A stretch of DNA of 24,371 nt from an uncultured Methanomassiliicoccales archaeon. Its GTDB lineage: Archaea > Thermoplasmatota > Thermoplasmata > Methanomassiliicoccales > Methanomethylophilaceae. The position numbers were made by a program, and so were the translations under genes. Shown piece by piece: positions 1 through 8,755 of this stretch. Every line of letters starts with the position of its first letter. Position 1 is the stretch's first letter. The stretch is from positions 1 to 24,371 of the forward strand of contig CAZPQO010000001.1 in assembly GCA_964588745.1 (NCBI GenBank). Direction: 5' to 3'. Below the pieces are notes generated by a model. It saw only the letters and a program-made list of their open reading frames with translations, did not search any database and was not told the origin of the DNA.

Positions 1-2
1 CG

Positions 3-1037
3 ATGATCTGCGTGAAATACATGCCGAGGGAAAAACTCGGATTGTCTTTGGCCGTCATCACTTTGGGAAGTTCGGTGGGATATGCGCTGGGACCTCCCTT
101 GGGAGGAATGCTTACCCAAATGCTGTCCTGGCATTGGATATTCCTTATCAACATACCGATTGGTCTTGTTGCGATTCCTCTTGCATTTCGGGTGATTCCC
201 AAAGACAGAAAACTTTCGAAGGAACCCGTCGATCTGTCCGGAGGAATTCTGTTGTTTGCCGCCATAGTTTCCGGAGTGTTCGCTTTGGAAAAGATGGGGA
301 GTCCGGAGGAAATCTCTTTTGCGGTGTTTGCCGCCGCAGGATGCGTTCTGTTCCTTGTTTCATTCATCGTAAGAGAACTGAAATGCAGAATTCCGATAAT
401 AGACGTCAGGATATTCAGATTCGGCAATTTCAACTCCGTTTTCCTTGCATACCTGATGTTCAGCATCGCTTACGCGGGGACTTTCTATCTGTTGCCGTTT
501 TACATGAATCTTGTTTTGGGATTTTCCCCGGGAATAAGCGGAATGTATCTGCTGATTCCTTCGATCGTGACCGGAATAACCTGTATGATCTTCGGCAAAC
601 TTTCCGATGTCATGGGAAGAAGGATGTTTGCGGTGGGCGCCTGTCTGTCCATAGTTTCGTATAACGTAATCATGTGGTTCATGATGCCGGAAAACGGACG
701 CTGGTTGCTTATTCCGATTACTTTGCTCATGGGTCTGAGCTGGGGATTTGCCGGTGGACCGATGGCGGGACGCGTGGTGGAACACGCACCTGAAGGACAT
801 GCGGGAATCGGATCTTCGGTAATGGCTTTGTCGACCTATTTGGGAGCGGGGATAGGGACTGCGCTGTTTGCCGCCGTGTTTTCCTTTTCTTCCGGGGCTC
901 CGGGGAAGGAGTTTGTTCTGATGACCGTATCCGAATTCACAACAGGGTTTTCAGCGGTCATACTGTTGGGAATTCTTTTGGCTTCTTTGGGCGCGTTATT
1001 GTCATTCTTGGTGAAGGATGCCGGGCATTCCCGGTAA
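3..1037 (+). CDS. MFS transporter, DHA2/EmrB-QacA-like (5'-truncated by window edge)
   Basis: Many hydrophobic segments, motif-C-like [13 protein letters not shown] followed by [12 protein letters not shown], and a second-half [10 protein letters not shown] motif-A-like loop. The frame appears to begin before the window. Confidence 0.9.
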   Translation: MICVKYMPREKLGLSLAVITLGSSVGYALGPPLGGMLTQMLSWHWIFLINIPIGLVAIPLAFRVIPKDRKLSKEPVDLSGGILLFAAIVSGVFALEKMGSPEEISFAVFAAAGCVLFLVSFIVRELKCRIPIIDVRIFRFGNFNSVFLAYLMFSIAYAGTFYLLPFYMNLVLGFSPGISGMYLLIPSIVTGITCMIFGKLSDVMGRRMFAVGACLSIVSYNVIMWFMMPENGRWLLIPITLLMGLSWGFAGGPMAGRVVEHAPEGHAGIGSSVMALSTYLGAGIGTALFAAVFSFSSGAPGKEFVLMTVSEFTTGFSAVILLGILLASLGALLSFLVKDAGHSR

Positions 1038-1083
1038 CGGTTTATCCATAGAATTAAAAACAACCATGGCCGTCGGCCCTTAC

Positions 1084-1221
1084 ATGAAATACGAATGTGT
1101 CGTCTGCGGATACATCTACGACGAGGAAAAGGAAGGCGTATTGTTCAAAGACCTTCCCGATGACTACGTCTGTCCTGACTGCGGAGTGGGCAAAGAAGAT
1201 TTCGATCTCTACGAAGAGTGA
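1084..1221 (+). CDS. Rubredoxin (short, 45 aa)
   Basis: [13 protein letters not shown]...[17 protein letters not shown]: two CxxCG knuckles. ATG 1084 is preferred over 1066 or 1018 because rubredoxins begin MxxYxC and an AT-rich box (AATTAAAA, 1052-1059) lies about 25-30 nt upstream. Confidence 0.93.
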   Translation: MKYECVVCGYIYDEEKEGVLFKDLPDDYVCPDCGVGKEDFDLYEE

Positions 1222-2181
1222 TCAATTTTCTGTTCCGTCAATGGTTACGAATTGGGTATTCTGAGCCTTGCGAAGCTCATTCATCAGTTGTTTCGCTTCT
1301 TCGCTTCCCTGTTCGGAAGCTTTCTTCATCGTAGCCACGGCTTTGCCTGAATCCTCTTCCGTGCCGTGACCCTGAAGTTCCATTCTTGCTTTGATAAAAG
1401 ATGCGTCTGCATCGCCTTCTTCCGACGCTTCGGAATAATACTTGTAGGCTTTCTCAAGATTTCTCTCAACCCCCGTTCCTTCGTAATACAGCGTGCCGAC
1501 GCTTACCTTTGCGGCGGTTATGCCCATATCGGCGGCTTTGAGATACCATTCAAATGCTTTCTCGATCCCTCCGGGAATGTTTCCGGAATGAATCAGCCCC
1601 GCGACTTTCATGATTGCTTCCGGTATTCCCGCTTCGGCAGATTTCAAAAACAGTCCGTAAGCTTTCTCTTCATCCTTTTCCGTCCCGGTTCCGGTTTCCG
1701 ACATATATCCCGCCATGAACATGGATACCGGATCGTTGGCTTCGGCGGACCGGGAAAACCATCTGAAGGCTTCTTCGTAATCGGGCTCCGTGCCGTAACC
1801 GTGAAAATTGTACTGAGCCATGAACGCATAAGCGGGAATCATGCCGGCTTCGGCGGCTGTTCGGAAATGGCGGAAGGATTCTTCGGGATTTTCAGGGAAC
1901 CCGTAATCTCCGGTATGAATCATCCCCAAACGGTAATTGGATTCAACATGACCCATTTCGGCGGCTTTGTGATACAGCTCGATTGCGCGTTTTTCGTCCT
2001 TGGCCGTGCCGAATCCCACCATGAGAACTTCGGCAAGTCCGAAAATGCCCTGAGGGTATTTCGCTTCCGCCGCCAACGAGAACAGACGGACGGCTTCTTC
2101 GGGAATCTTTTCCTTTCCGTTCGTACCCATCATGTACGATATCGCTTCAATGCAGTATTCCTCGGCCTGTCGGGTATCCAT
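1222..2181 (-). CDS. Sel1-like repeat (SLR/TPR) protein
   Basis: About 7-8 repeats of ~36 aa with pattern A..W/Y..AAE.G...A...LG..Y..G.G..KD. GGAG RBS just before the ATG. No obvious signal peptide. Confidence 0.92.
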   Translation of the reverse strand: MDTRQAEEYCIEAISYMMGTNGKEKIPEEAVRLFSLAAEAKYPQGIFGLAEVLMVGFGTAKDEKRAIELYHKAAEMGHVESNYRLGMIHTGDYGFPENPEESFRHFRTAAEAGMIPAYAFMAQYNFHGYGTEPDYEEAFRWFSRSAEANDPVSMFMAGYMSETGTGTEKDEEKAYGLFLKSAEAGIPEAIMKVAGLIHSGNIPGGIEKAFEWYLKAADMGITAAKVSVGTLYYEGTGVERNLEKAYKYYSEASEEGDADASFIKARMELQGHGTEEDSGKAVATMKKASEQGSEEAKQLMNELRKAQNTQFVTIDGTEN

Positions 2182-2227
2182 ATTACTCCATAGGCTTCCC
2201 GTTCATAAATTGAACGCAGGTCAGTCC

Positions 2228-2270
2228 TTTTATAATTGAACAGTCATTCAATTGAATAGGTGTTCAATTG
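2228..2270 (+). promoter_or_regulatory. TATA box plus tandem SmtB/CadC-type operator of the metal-efflux operon
   Basis: TTTTATAATT at 2228-2237. Two overlapping dyads: AATTGAACAGTCATTCAATT (2234-2253) and AATTGAATAGGTGTTCAATT (2250-2269). The core TGAACAGTCATTCA differs by one base from the SmtB operator core TGAACAGTTATTCA as I recall it. The second box covers the RBS (AGGTG) and part of the TTG start. Confidence 0.8.
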
Positions 2271-2639
2271 ACAGAAGAACCTGATTGTCTTACCGATTGT
2301 CCCCACGCCGGACACGAAGAAGTCGTCAAAGCCGTAAAAGAAAAACTGCCTGACGACGAATCGATAACGGAACTGTCGGGATTCTTCAGTCTGTTCAGCG
2401 ACTGTACGAGATTAAGAATTCTGATGAGCCTTGATATCAGTGAAATGTGCGTCCGTTGCATAAGCGATACTCTCGGCATGTCGGATTCCGCCGTATCCCA
2501 TCAACTGAGACTTTTGAGAGAATCGAATCTCGTCAAATCGAGAAGAGACGGAAAATTCGTATATTATTCATTAAGCGACGATCACGTAAAATCCATTGTG
2601 GAGACCGCCGCGGAGCATCTTACGGAGGATAGAGAATGA
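2268..2639 (+). CDS. ArsR/SmtB-family metal-sensing repressor (CadC/ZiaR-like)
   Basis: TTG start with AGGTG RBS. HTH SDSAVSHQLRLLR...VKSRRDGKFVYYSL. N-terminal C7/C11, alpha3 EMCVRC, and alpha5 D104-x-H106-x10-H117-xx-E120. Confidence 0.93.
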   Translation: MTEEPDCLTDCPHAGHEEVVKAVKEKLPDDESITELSGFFSLFSDCTRLRILMSLDISEMCVRCISDTLGMSDSAVSHQLRLLRESNLVKSRRDGKFVYYSLSDDHVKSIVETAAEHLTEDRE

Positions 2640-2857
2640 AATTCGTATACAGACTCGACGGGCTGGGATGCGCCAACTGCGCAACCAAAATGGAAAAAAT
2701 GATTTCGAAAATCAGAGGCGTGGATTCCGCTGCCATCGTATTCATGTCACAGCGCCTGATAGTTCACTCAGACGAAGAGAACATCGGAGAAATCGACGGA
2801 GAAATCGAAAAGATCGTAAAAAAAGTATCCTGCGATGCCGTGAAAATACAGAGGTGA
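2636..2857 (+). CDS. Stand-alone heavy-metal-associated (HMA) domain protein
   Basis: GLGCANCA CxxC motif in a 73-aa ferredoxin-like-fold sequence. ATGA overlap with the repressor stop codon. Confidence 0.88.
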   Translation: MKFVYRLDGLGCANCATKMEKMISKIRGVDSAAIVFMSQRLIVHSDEENIGEIDGEIEKIVKKVSCDAVKIQR

Positions 2858-2861
2858 AGGA

Positions 2862-4733
2862 TTGAAAAACAGATCCGCAAGAGTTCTGATTTCTTTCCTT
2901 CTGTTCGTCCCCGGAGTTTTGTTGGGTTATTTCGGTTACGGTTCCGTTTCACTGGCGGTTCTGCTTGCCGCATATCTCATCACAGGTTATTCCGTTATAA
3001 TCAATGCGGGAAAAAGTCTGAGATACGGAATGATGCTGGATGAGAATTTCCTTACCGTGATAGCGTCGGCGGGAGCTTTTCTGATCGGTGCCGGAGCGGA
3101 GGGTGTTGCCGTAATGCTGTTCTTCTCCGTCGGCGAACTGTTTGAAGATGCCGCGGTGAAAAAATCCAGACGATCCATATCGGAACTTGTGGAAATGCAG
3201 CCTTTGTCCGTCCGTGTGATCAGAAACGGTTCAGAAACCGATATCCCTCCCGAAGAGGTTGAAATCGGAGATCTGTTTTCGGTGCTCCCGGGTGAAAGGA
3301 TACCCATAGACGGAACGGTCGTATCGGGAATTTCAACATTGGACACCAAGGCTCTGACCGGAGAATCCATGCCTAAAGACGTCGGCATCGGCGATGTTGT
3401 GCTGAGCGGCAGCATAAACCTCACAGGATCCCTTACGCTGAAAACCGACAAGGTATATTCGGAATCAACGGTCGCAAGAGTTCTGGAACTCGTTGAAGAA
3501 TCCGGCGCAATGAAATCCGAAAGTGAGAAGTTCATCACCGTATTCGCGAAATACTACACCCCCGCAGTGGTGGCCGCGGCAGTCGCTGTGGCCTTGATCC
3601 CCATAATCTTCTTCGGTCTTCCCGCGGACGTTTGGGTTTACAGAGCTTTGGTCATGTTGGTCATATCCTGTCCCTGTGCGTTGGTGATATCCGTCCCTCT
3701 GACATTCTTCTGCGGAGTCGGAAGAGCGTCCAAGAACGGCATACTGATCAACGGCGGCGCCGTGATGGACCGTTTGACGTTTACCGATTCGGTTATGATG
3801 GACAAAACGGGCACGGTCACCAAGGGCAATTTCGATCTCACCGGTGTATATCCCGAGAGTATGTCTTCCGACGATCTGATTATGTACGCGGCCATGTCCG
3901 AGTACCGTTCGGATCATCCCATATCAAGAGCCATCATCGATCATTACGGCAAAGAAATCGATTCTTCAAGAATCGGAGAGTCTGAAAACATACCGGGAAA
4001 AGGCATTGTCGCCGAGGTTGACGGCATAACCGTGCATATCGGAAACGGAGGACTGATGAAAGACATCGGAATAGTTTCTTTCACGGATGACGGGGACGTC
4101 ACGAACATACATGTTGCCGTCGAAGGAAAATACGCCGGAAGAATCACGATTTCCGACACTCCGAAAAATGATTCCGCCGTTGCGATATGCGAATTGGAAA
4201 GGCTCGGCGTCAAAGAAACCGTCATGTTGACTGGGGATACCGAAGCTTCGGCGAAGAGAATTGCGGACATGGTAGGAATCACCGACTTCCACAGCGAACT
4301 CCTTCCTGAAGAAAAGCTCAGAAAACTGGAAGAATACCTCGGAAAAGGCAGAAAGACCCTTTTGTACGTCGGAGACGGAATCAACGACGCGCCCTCCATA
4401 GCCCGGGCGGACGTGGGCATTGCCATGGGAGGAATCGGTTCCGACAGTGCGGTCGAAGCCGCGGATGTTGTGATAATGAACGATTCGCTGTGCAAGATAC
4501 CGGAAGCGGTACGCATTTCCAGAGACACCAGAAGAATAGCCCATCAGAACATCGTGTTCTCACTGGCAATCAAGTTTCTGGCTTTGGGTCTGGCGGTTTT
4601 CGGATTGGCGGGAATGTGGTTTGCCATATTCGCGGACGTGGGCGTATCGGCGATAGCGATACTGAACGGAATACGGGCTTACGGGTTCGAAAAAACGCAT
4701 ATCTGCACCGCGGAATGTCCCGTATGCAATTGA
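2862..4733 (+). CDS. cadA: P1B-2-type Zn/Cd/Pb-translocating ATPase
   Basis: TGES, ISCPCALVIS (CPC), DKTGT, SDHP, VGDGINDAP, TM Lys (LAIKFL) and ADVG. TTG start with GAGGTGA RBS. Confidence 0.93.
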   Translation: MKNRSARVLISFLLFVPGVLLGYFGYGSVSLAVLLAAYLITGYSVIINAGKSLRYGMMLDENFLTVIASAGAFLIGAGAEGVAVMLFFSVGELFEDAAVKKSRRSISELVEMQPLSVRVIRNGSETDIPPEEVEIGDLFSVLPGERIPIDGTVVSGISTLDTKALTGESMPKDVGIGDVVLSGSINLTGSLTLKTDKVYSESTVARVLELVEESGAMKSESEKFITVFAKYYTPAVVAAAVAVALIPIIFFGLPADVWVYRALVMLVISCPCALVISVPLTFFCGVGRASKNGILINGGAVMDRLTFTDSVMMDKTGTVTKGNFDLTGVYPESMSSDDLIMYAAMSEYRSDHPISRAIIDHYGKEIDSSRIGESENIPGKGIVAEVDGITVHIGNGGLMKDIGIVSFTDDGDVTNIHVAVEGKYAGRITISDTPKNDSAVAICELERLGVKETVMLTGDTEASAKRIADMVGITDFHSELLPEEKLRKLEEYLGKGRKTLLYVGDGINDAPSIARADVGIAMGGIGSDSAVEAADVVIMNDSLCKIPEAVRISRDTRRIAHQNIVFSLAIKFLALGLAVFGLAGMWFAIFADVGVSAIAILNGIRAYGFEKTHICTAECPVCN

Positions 4734-4813
4734 AATGAAGATGCATTATGGACCGAATCACCCGTCACAAAGAAACAATAAAACTATATCAACGGGAAAT
4801 ATACTGAATTCAG

Positions 4814-6352
4814 ATGGGTATGGAAGAGGAACTAAACGTAGGCATTGACCTGGGTACAACCTACTCTTGCCTCGCATACATCGATGGGTCGGGAGACCCT
4901 GTCGTGGAAAGAAATTTCGAGCAGGAGGAGACTACTCCTTCGGTTATACTTTTCAACGAAAATCATGAAATAGTGGTCGGATCTCCCGCCAAGGACATTG
5001 CGGCCATGTATCCCCCCGGAAGAACTTTCGTTTCGGTCAAGAGACATATAGGGACCGAATTCAGAGCCGAAGTGGACGGGGAGATATACACTCCCGTCAC
5101 TCTGTCCGCCGCCATTCTGAAAAAGCTGCTGAATGATTTCACAGAAGTTCACGGACGGGAAATCAAAAGAGCAGTGATCACCTGTCCTGCTTATTTCGGA
5201 CAGAACGAAAGAGAGTCCACAAAGAACGCCGGAAGAATTGCCGGGTTGGACGAAGTGATCATAATCAACGAACCCACCGCCGCCGCCATATCTTTCGGTT
5301 ACGGAACCGACGATTCCGAAAAACGGGTATTGGTGTATGATTTGGGCGGCGGTACTTTCGACGTAACGATTCTTGACGTTTCGGGAGGAACTTTCAACGC
5401 AGTCGCAACCGACGGCGAACGTTTGCTCGGAGGCCGTGACTGGGACGTTGCTTTGGCCAAACTGATACTCAAAAAAGTATCTCAGGAATCGGGGATTCCG
5501 GTGGATGAACTCAAAGAGGACAGGGAAGCCACCGTCACCTTGGAAGTCGATACGGAATCCATCAAAAAGAGGCTGACAACCGCGGAGTCCACAAGAGGCT
5601 CCATGAACGTTGGGGCCGAGAGAATCATATACACCGTGACCAGGGAAGAATTCGAAGAGGCCACTGCGCATCTCTTCGAACGGACTTTGGACGTGATGAA
5701 CAATGTCCTTGAATCCGTCGGCACTTCCGTCGAAGGAATCGACGACATCATCCTCGTGGGAGGTTCCTGCAGAATGCCCCATATAATTGAGGGGATAATG
5801 AAACTGTATCCCGAAGTCAATGTGCGTCTTTTCGATCCGGACAGATCCGTCGCGAAAGGAGCGGCCGTATTTGCAAGATCCAAAAACATGTCGGAAATAG
5901 GACATGAGGAAGAATACGCCATAAAGGTGAAGAACGTCCTAAGCAAATCTTTCGGAGTCAGAGTTGATTATGCGGGAAACGAAATGATTTCCAATCTGAT
6001 TTACAGAAACGAAACCCTTCCTTTGGAGAACGTCAAGATTTATTATCCCGTGGAAGACGGTCAGACTTCCGTTCTTGTGGAAATATTCGAGAATTCCGCA
6101 TTGCGTTCGGAAGATAATGTAAGACTGGAAATGAACGAGGGGGATTACGTGGGGGCTTTCGACATGGATTTGCCGGAAGGCATCACGAAAGATACGCAAA
6201 TCACCGTGAAGTTCAAAGCCGCCGAAGACGGAACAATCAGCGCGGAAGTGGAATGTTTGGGTGAAGTGAAAGAATACAATCTGGAAAGCTTCCTCACCAT
6301 ATCCGACGAAGACTTGGAAAAATCCAAAGGACTCATTGAAAAAGTGGGATGA
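4814..6352 (+). CDS. Hsp70-family protein, non-canonical (no C-terminal lid)
   Basis: GIDLGTTYS, TCPAYF, INEPTAAA, YDLGGGTFDV, LGGRDWD and LVGGSCRMP give a complete actin-like ATPase domain. A divergent SBD-beta follows, and the protein ends at 512 aa. Confidence 0.9.
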   Translation: MGMEEELNVGIDLGTTYSCLAYIDGSGDPVVERNFEQEETTPSVILFNENHEIVVGSPAKDIAAMYPPGRTFVSVKRHIGTEFRAEVDGEIYTPVTLSAAILKKLLNDFTEVHGREIKRAVITCPAYFGQNERESTKNAGRIAGLDEVIIINEPTAAAISFGYGTDDSEKRVLVYDLGGGTFDVTILDVSGGTFNAVATDGERLLGGRDWDVALAKLILKKVSQESGIPVDELKEDREATVTLEVDTESIKKRLTTAESTRGSMNVGAERIIYTVTREEFEEATAHLFERTLDVMNNVLESVGTSVEGIDDIILVGGSCRMPHIIEGIMKLYPEVNVRLFDPDRSVAKGAAVFARSKNMSEIGHEEEYAIKVKNVLSKSFGVRVDYAGNEMISNLIYRNETLPLENVKIYYPVEDGQTSVLVEIFENSALRSEDNVRLEMNEGDYVGAFDMDLPEGITKDTQITVKFKAAEDGTISAEVECLGEVKEYNLESFLTISDEDLEKSKGLIEKVG

Positions 6353-6356
6353 ATTC

Positions 6357-7682
6357 TCACTTGCAGGACGAAACGAATCTCCGGGCCCAATCTTTTTGGG
6401 ACAGTGCGTTCTGATGCATGTACGTTCCGACGGATGAATTGATTACCATACCGTCTTTCGAATTTATGATGCCCACTCCCCGGGACAGATCGTAACAGTA
6501 AAGAGAATCTTTTTTCGGATACACTTCCGAATAGTGATATTCATGAGCCCTCACGGGCGAATCAAACAAAGGATTGTTTTCGTTGGGTGTCGCCAGAACG
6601 TACGTGGGACCGTGGCGGTTTTCCGTCATCACGGCCTCCCCGTCGAATATCCCGGTCATTCCGTGAACCGTTCCGTCAATGTCCCTGAGACTGTCGCACA
6701 TAGTCAGCAATCCTCCGCATTCCCCGAGTATGGGTTTTCCTTCTTCGGATGCGTTCTTCATGCCTTCGGTGAAATCTTTGTTCGAAGATATTCCGTCGGC
6801 GAAGAGTTCCGGATATCCCCCGCCGAGATAGTACATATCGGCGTCGGGAAGAGAATCCCCCGCAACGGGTGAGAAATGTCTGATTTCGATGCCTGAAGCT
6901 TCCAGACATTCAAGGTTTTCTTTGTAGTAAAAACAGAAAGCGTCATCCAAAGGGACGGCGGCGGTCATCGATGCGTTTCTTTTGGTGTACGGCGACTCGG
7001 TAGGCAGATCCGCATCGGAAGATTCGGCGATGTCCATCAGAACGTTGAGATCCACACCTTCGGCGATTTCCTCGAAAGGCGAGATATCCCAACCGGAATC
7101 CGGTGTGACAAGTCCGGCCTGTCTTCTTTTCGCCGGACCGTTTGGGAGCCTGCGTATCTTACCGACAACTTTCTGTTTGCAGTAACGTTCCGTCACGGCA
7201 TCGATTTTGTCTTCATGCTGCTTTCCCGAAATGTTATTGAGAATTATGCCTTCGATTTTCACATCGGGATCGAAATCGGCGAATCCGTTGATTATCGCGG
7301 CCGCACTTTTATTGAGAGATCTTACATCCACAGTGAGAATCACGGGGAACCCCAACAGCTTGGCGAGTCCCGCGGTGGAACCGACGTCATTGTCGGCCGA
7401 AAATCCTTCGTACAATCCCCTGACGCCTTCGATGACGCACAGATCCGCCCCGCGGGAAGCATAACCCACAACGTTGCGGACGGTATCCTCGTCCATCATG
7501 AAAGAATCAAGATTTCTGCATTCTCTTCCCGATGCGATTGTATGATACATGGGATCGACGAAATCCGGTCCGGCTTTGAAAGCTTGAACTTTGTAATCTT
7601 TCGATAAACGGGAAAGTATCCCCGTGGTTATCGAAGTCTTTCCGACATTGCTGCCGGTTCCGGCTATTACGACTCCCTTCAA
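6357..7682 (-). CDS. cfbB: Ni-sirohydrochlorin a,c-diamide synthase
   Basis: CbiA/CobB family (GKTSIT, FKAGPDFVDP, IEGVRGLYEG, GGGYPE, GECGG). EGVRGLYEG is the CfbB-type variant, and the gene is last in a cfb operon. Confidence 0.9.
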   Translation of the reverse strand: MKGVVIAGTGSNVGKTSITTGILSRLSKDYKVQAFKAGPDFVDPMYHTIASGRECRNLDSFMMDEDTVRNVVGYASRGADLCVIEGVRGLYEGFSADNDVGSTAGLAKLLGFPVILTVDVRSLNKSAAAIINGFADFDPDVKIEGIILNNISGKQHEDKIDAVTERYCKQKVVGKIRRLPNGPAKRRQAGLVTPDSGWDISPFEEIAEGVDLNVLMDIAESSDADLPTESPYTKRNASMTAAVPLDDAFCFYYKENLECLEASGIEIRHFSPVAGDSLPDADMYYLGGGYPELFADGISSNKDFTEGMKNASEEGKPILGECGGLLTMCDSLRDIDGTVHGMTGIFDGEAVMTENRHGPTYVLATPNENNPLFDSPVRAHEYHYSEVYPKKDSLYCYDLSRGVGIINSKDGMVINSSVGTYMHQNALSQKDWARRFVSSCK

Positions 7683-8755
7683 CTTTCCCTCACCAGCTCT
7701 CTCAGCGTGTCTCCGGTTTCAAGAGGAATGATCGCGTCGGTGCCCATTACCAAAGAATGGGATGAAATTTCTCCGACGGAATTGGGAAATCCGGAATTGA
7801 TGTAATTGGTGAGCTGTCTCGGCTGATCCGTTATCAGAATATCAGTTTCCTTTATCCCCGGGTATGCATGACAGATTCCGGTTATGATTGTCAGATCCGG
7901 TTTGAATCCGTCCACTTCGGCCTTCAGGTCATCGCCGATAAGAGCATACTCGTCAAGACCTCCGGTTATTGCGTCGATCGTGACTTTTTCATTTTCGCAT
8001 TGGGAAAGTATATTCTCCGCATAACTTCGGATTCTCGGAAGTCCTTTGTTCACATCCAGATTGGCGACGAAGAATGTCTCACCACCGAGCTTTTTAGAAG
8101 CTTCGTCAACAGCCAGAAACATATCGGCAAAACGGTATGCCAGCTCCTTCTTGGCATTCATGACGACGGCCACCTTTCCTCCGTCGGAAAGCGTATCGCA
8201 TATTTTTTTGCATACATTGAGTTTGGTCGCTCCGACGGAGGGTTTCATGTAAGGCTTGCTTGCAAGACCTCTTTTCTTTTCCATCTCCGTGGCGGCTTTC
8301 ATCAGACCTGTCTGACGTTCGGTTTCTTCGGCGGGGATGAGTCCCGCGTCCCTTCCGGCTTCAAGAGCTTTGATTGCGCCTTCCGTATTGTTGGGCATGC
8401 AACCGTGAACTTCCACCGGGAATACCGTGCATTTCAATCCTGCGCGTTTGATTGAGGATTCCATATCTTCCCCTATAATCATGCTTGCGCAGGTTCCGAT
8501 GACGGCAACGGTGCCGGGATTGAACCTTTCATCGACTTCTTTGAGAGTTTTTACCAGTTCTTCCGAACCTCCGAATATCAAATCCGTTTCGGAAAGAGCG
8601 GTGGTGACTATTCTGACGCCGGCCTGTTCCAAAGAACGGGAGGCCATGAATCCGCAACCCGACGGACCGTGAACAACCACAACGTCCACATTCATGTCTC
8701 TCAGCGTATACATGGCGGCAACGATCGGGTTCGGGCGGGGGTGAATTATTTTCAT
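7679..8755 (-). CDS. cfbD: Ni-sirohydrochlorin a,c-diamide reductive cyclase, catalytic subunit (NifD/K-like)
   Basis: N-terminus IIHPRPNPIVAAMYTLRD..VDVVVVHGPSGC and VIGTCASMIIGED match the CfbD/NflD family. 4-nt overlaps with both neighbours. Confidence 0.93.
   Translation of the reverse strand: MKIIHPRPNPIVAAMYTLRDMNVDVVVVHGPSGCGFMASRSLEQAGVRIVTTALSETDLIFGGSEELVKTLKEVDERFNPGTVAVIGTCASMIIGEDMESSIKRAGLKCTVFPVEVHGCMPNNTEGAIKALEAGRDAGLIPAEETERQTGLMKAATEMEKKRGLASKPYMKPSVGATKLNVCKKICDTLSDGGKVAVVMNAKKELAYRFADMFLAVDEASKKLGGETFFVANLDVNKGLPRIRSYAENILSQCENEKVTIDAITGGLDEYALIGDDLKAEVDGFKPDLTIITGICHAYPGIKETDILITDQPRQLTNYINSGFPNSVGEISSHSLVMGTDAIIPLETGDTLRELVRES

Noticed and set aside
1366-2193. 275-aa plus-strand ORF opposite the Sel1 gene, and the many other shadow ORFs in the track
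   Set aside because: They are fully nested against well-supported genes, have F/R/S-rich antisense composition, and show no RBS or family motifs.
4832-5905. 357-aa antisense ORF opposite the Hsp70 gene
   Set aside because: Long antisense frames opposite Hsp70 genes are a known codon-usage effect. The translation has no recognisable motifs.
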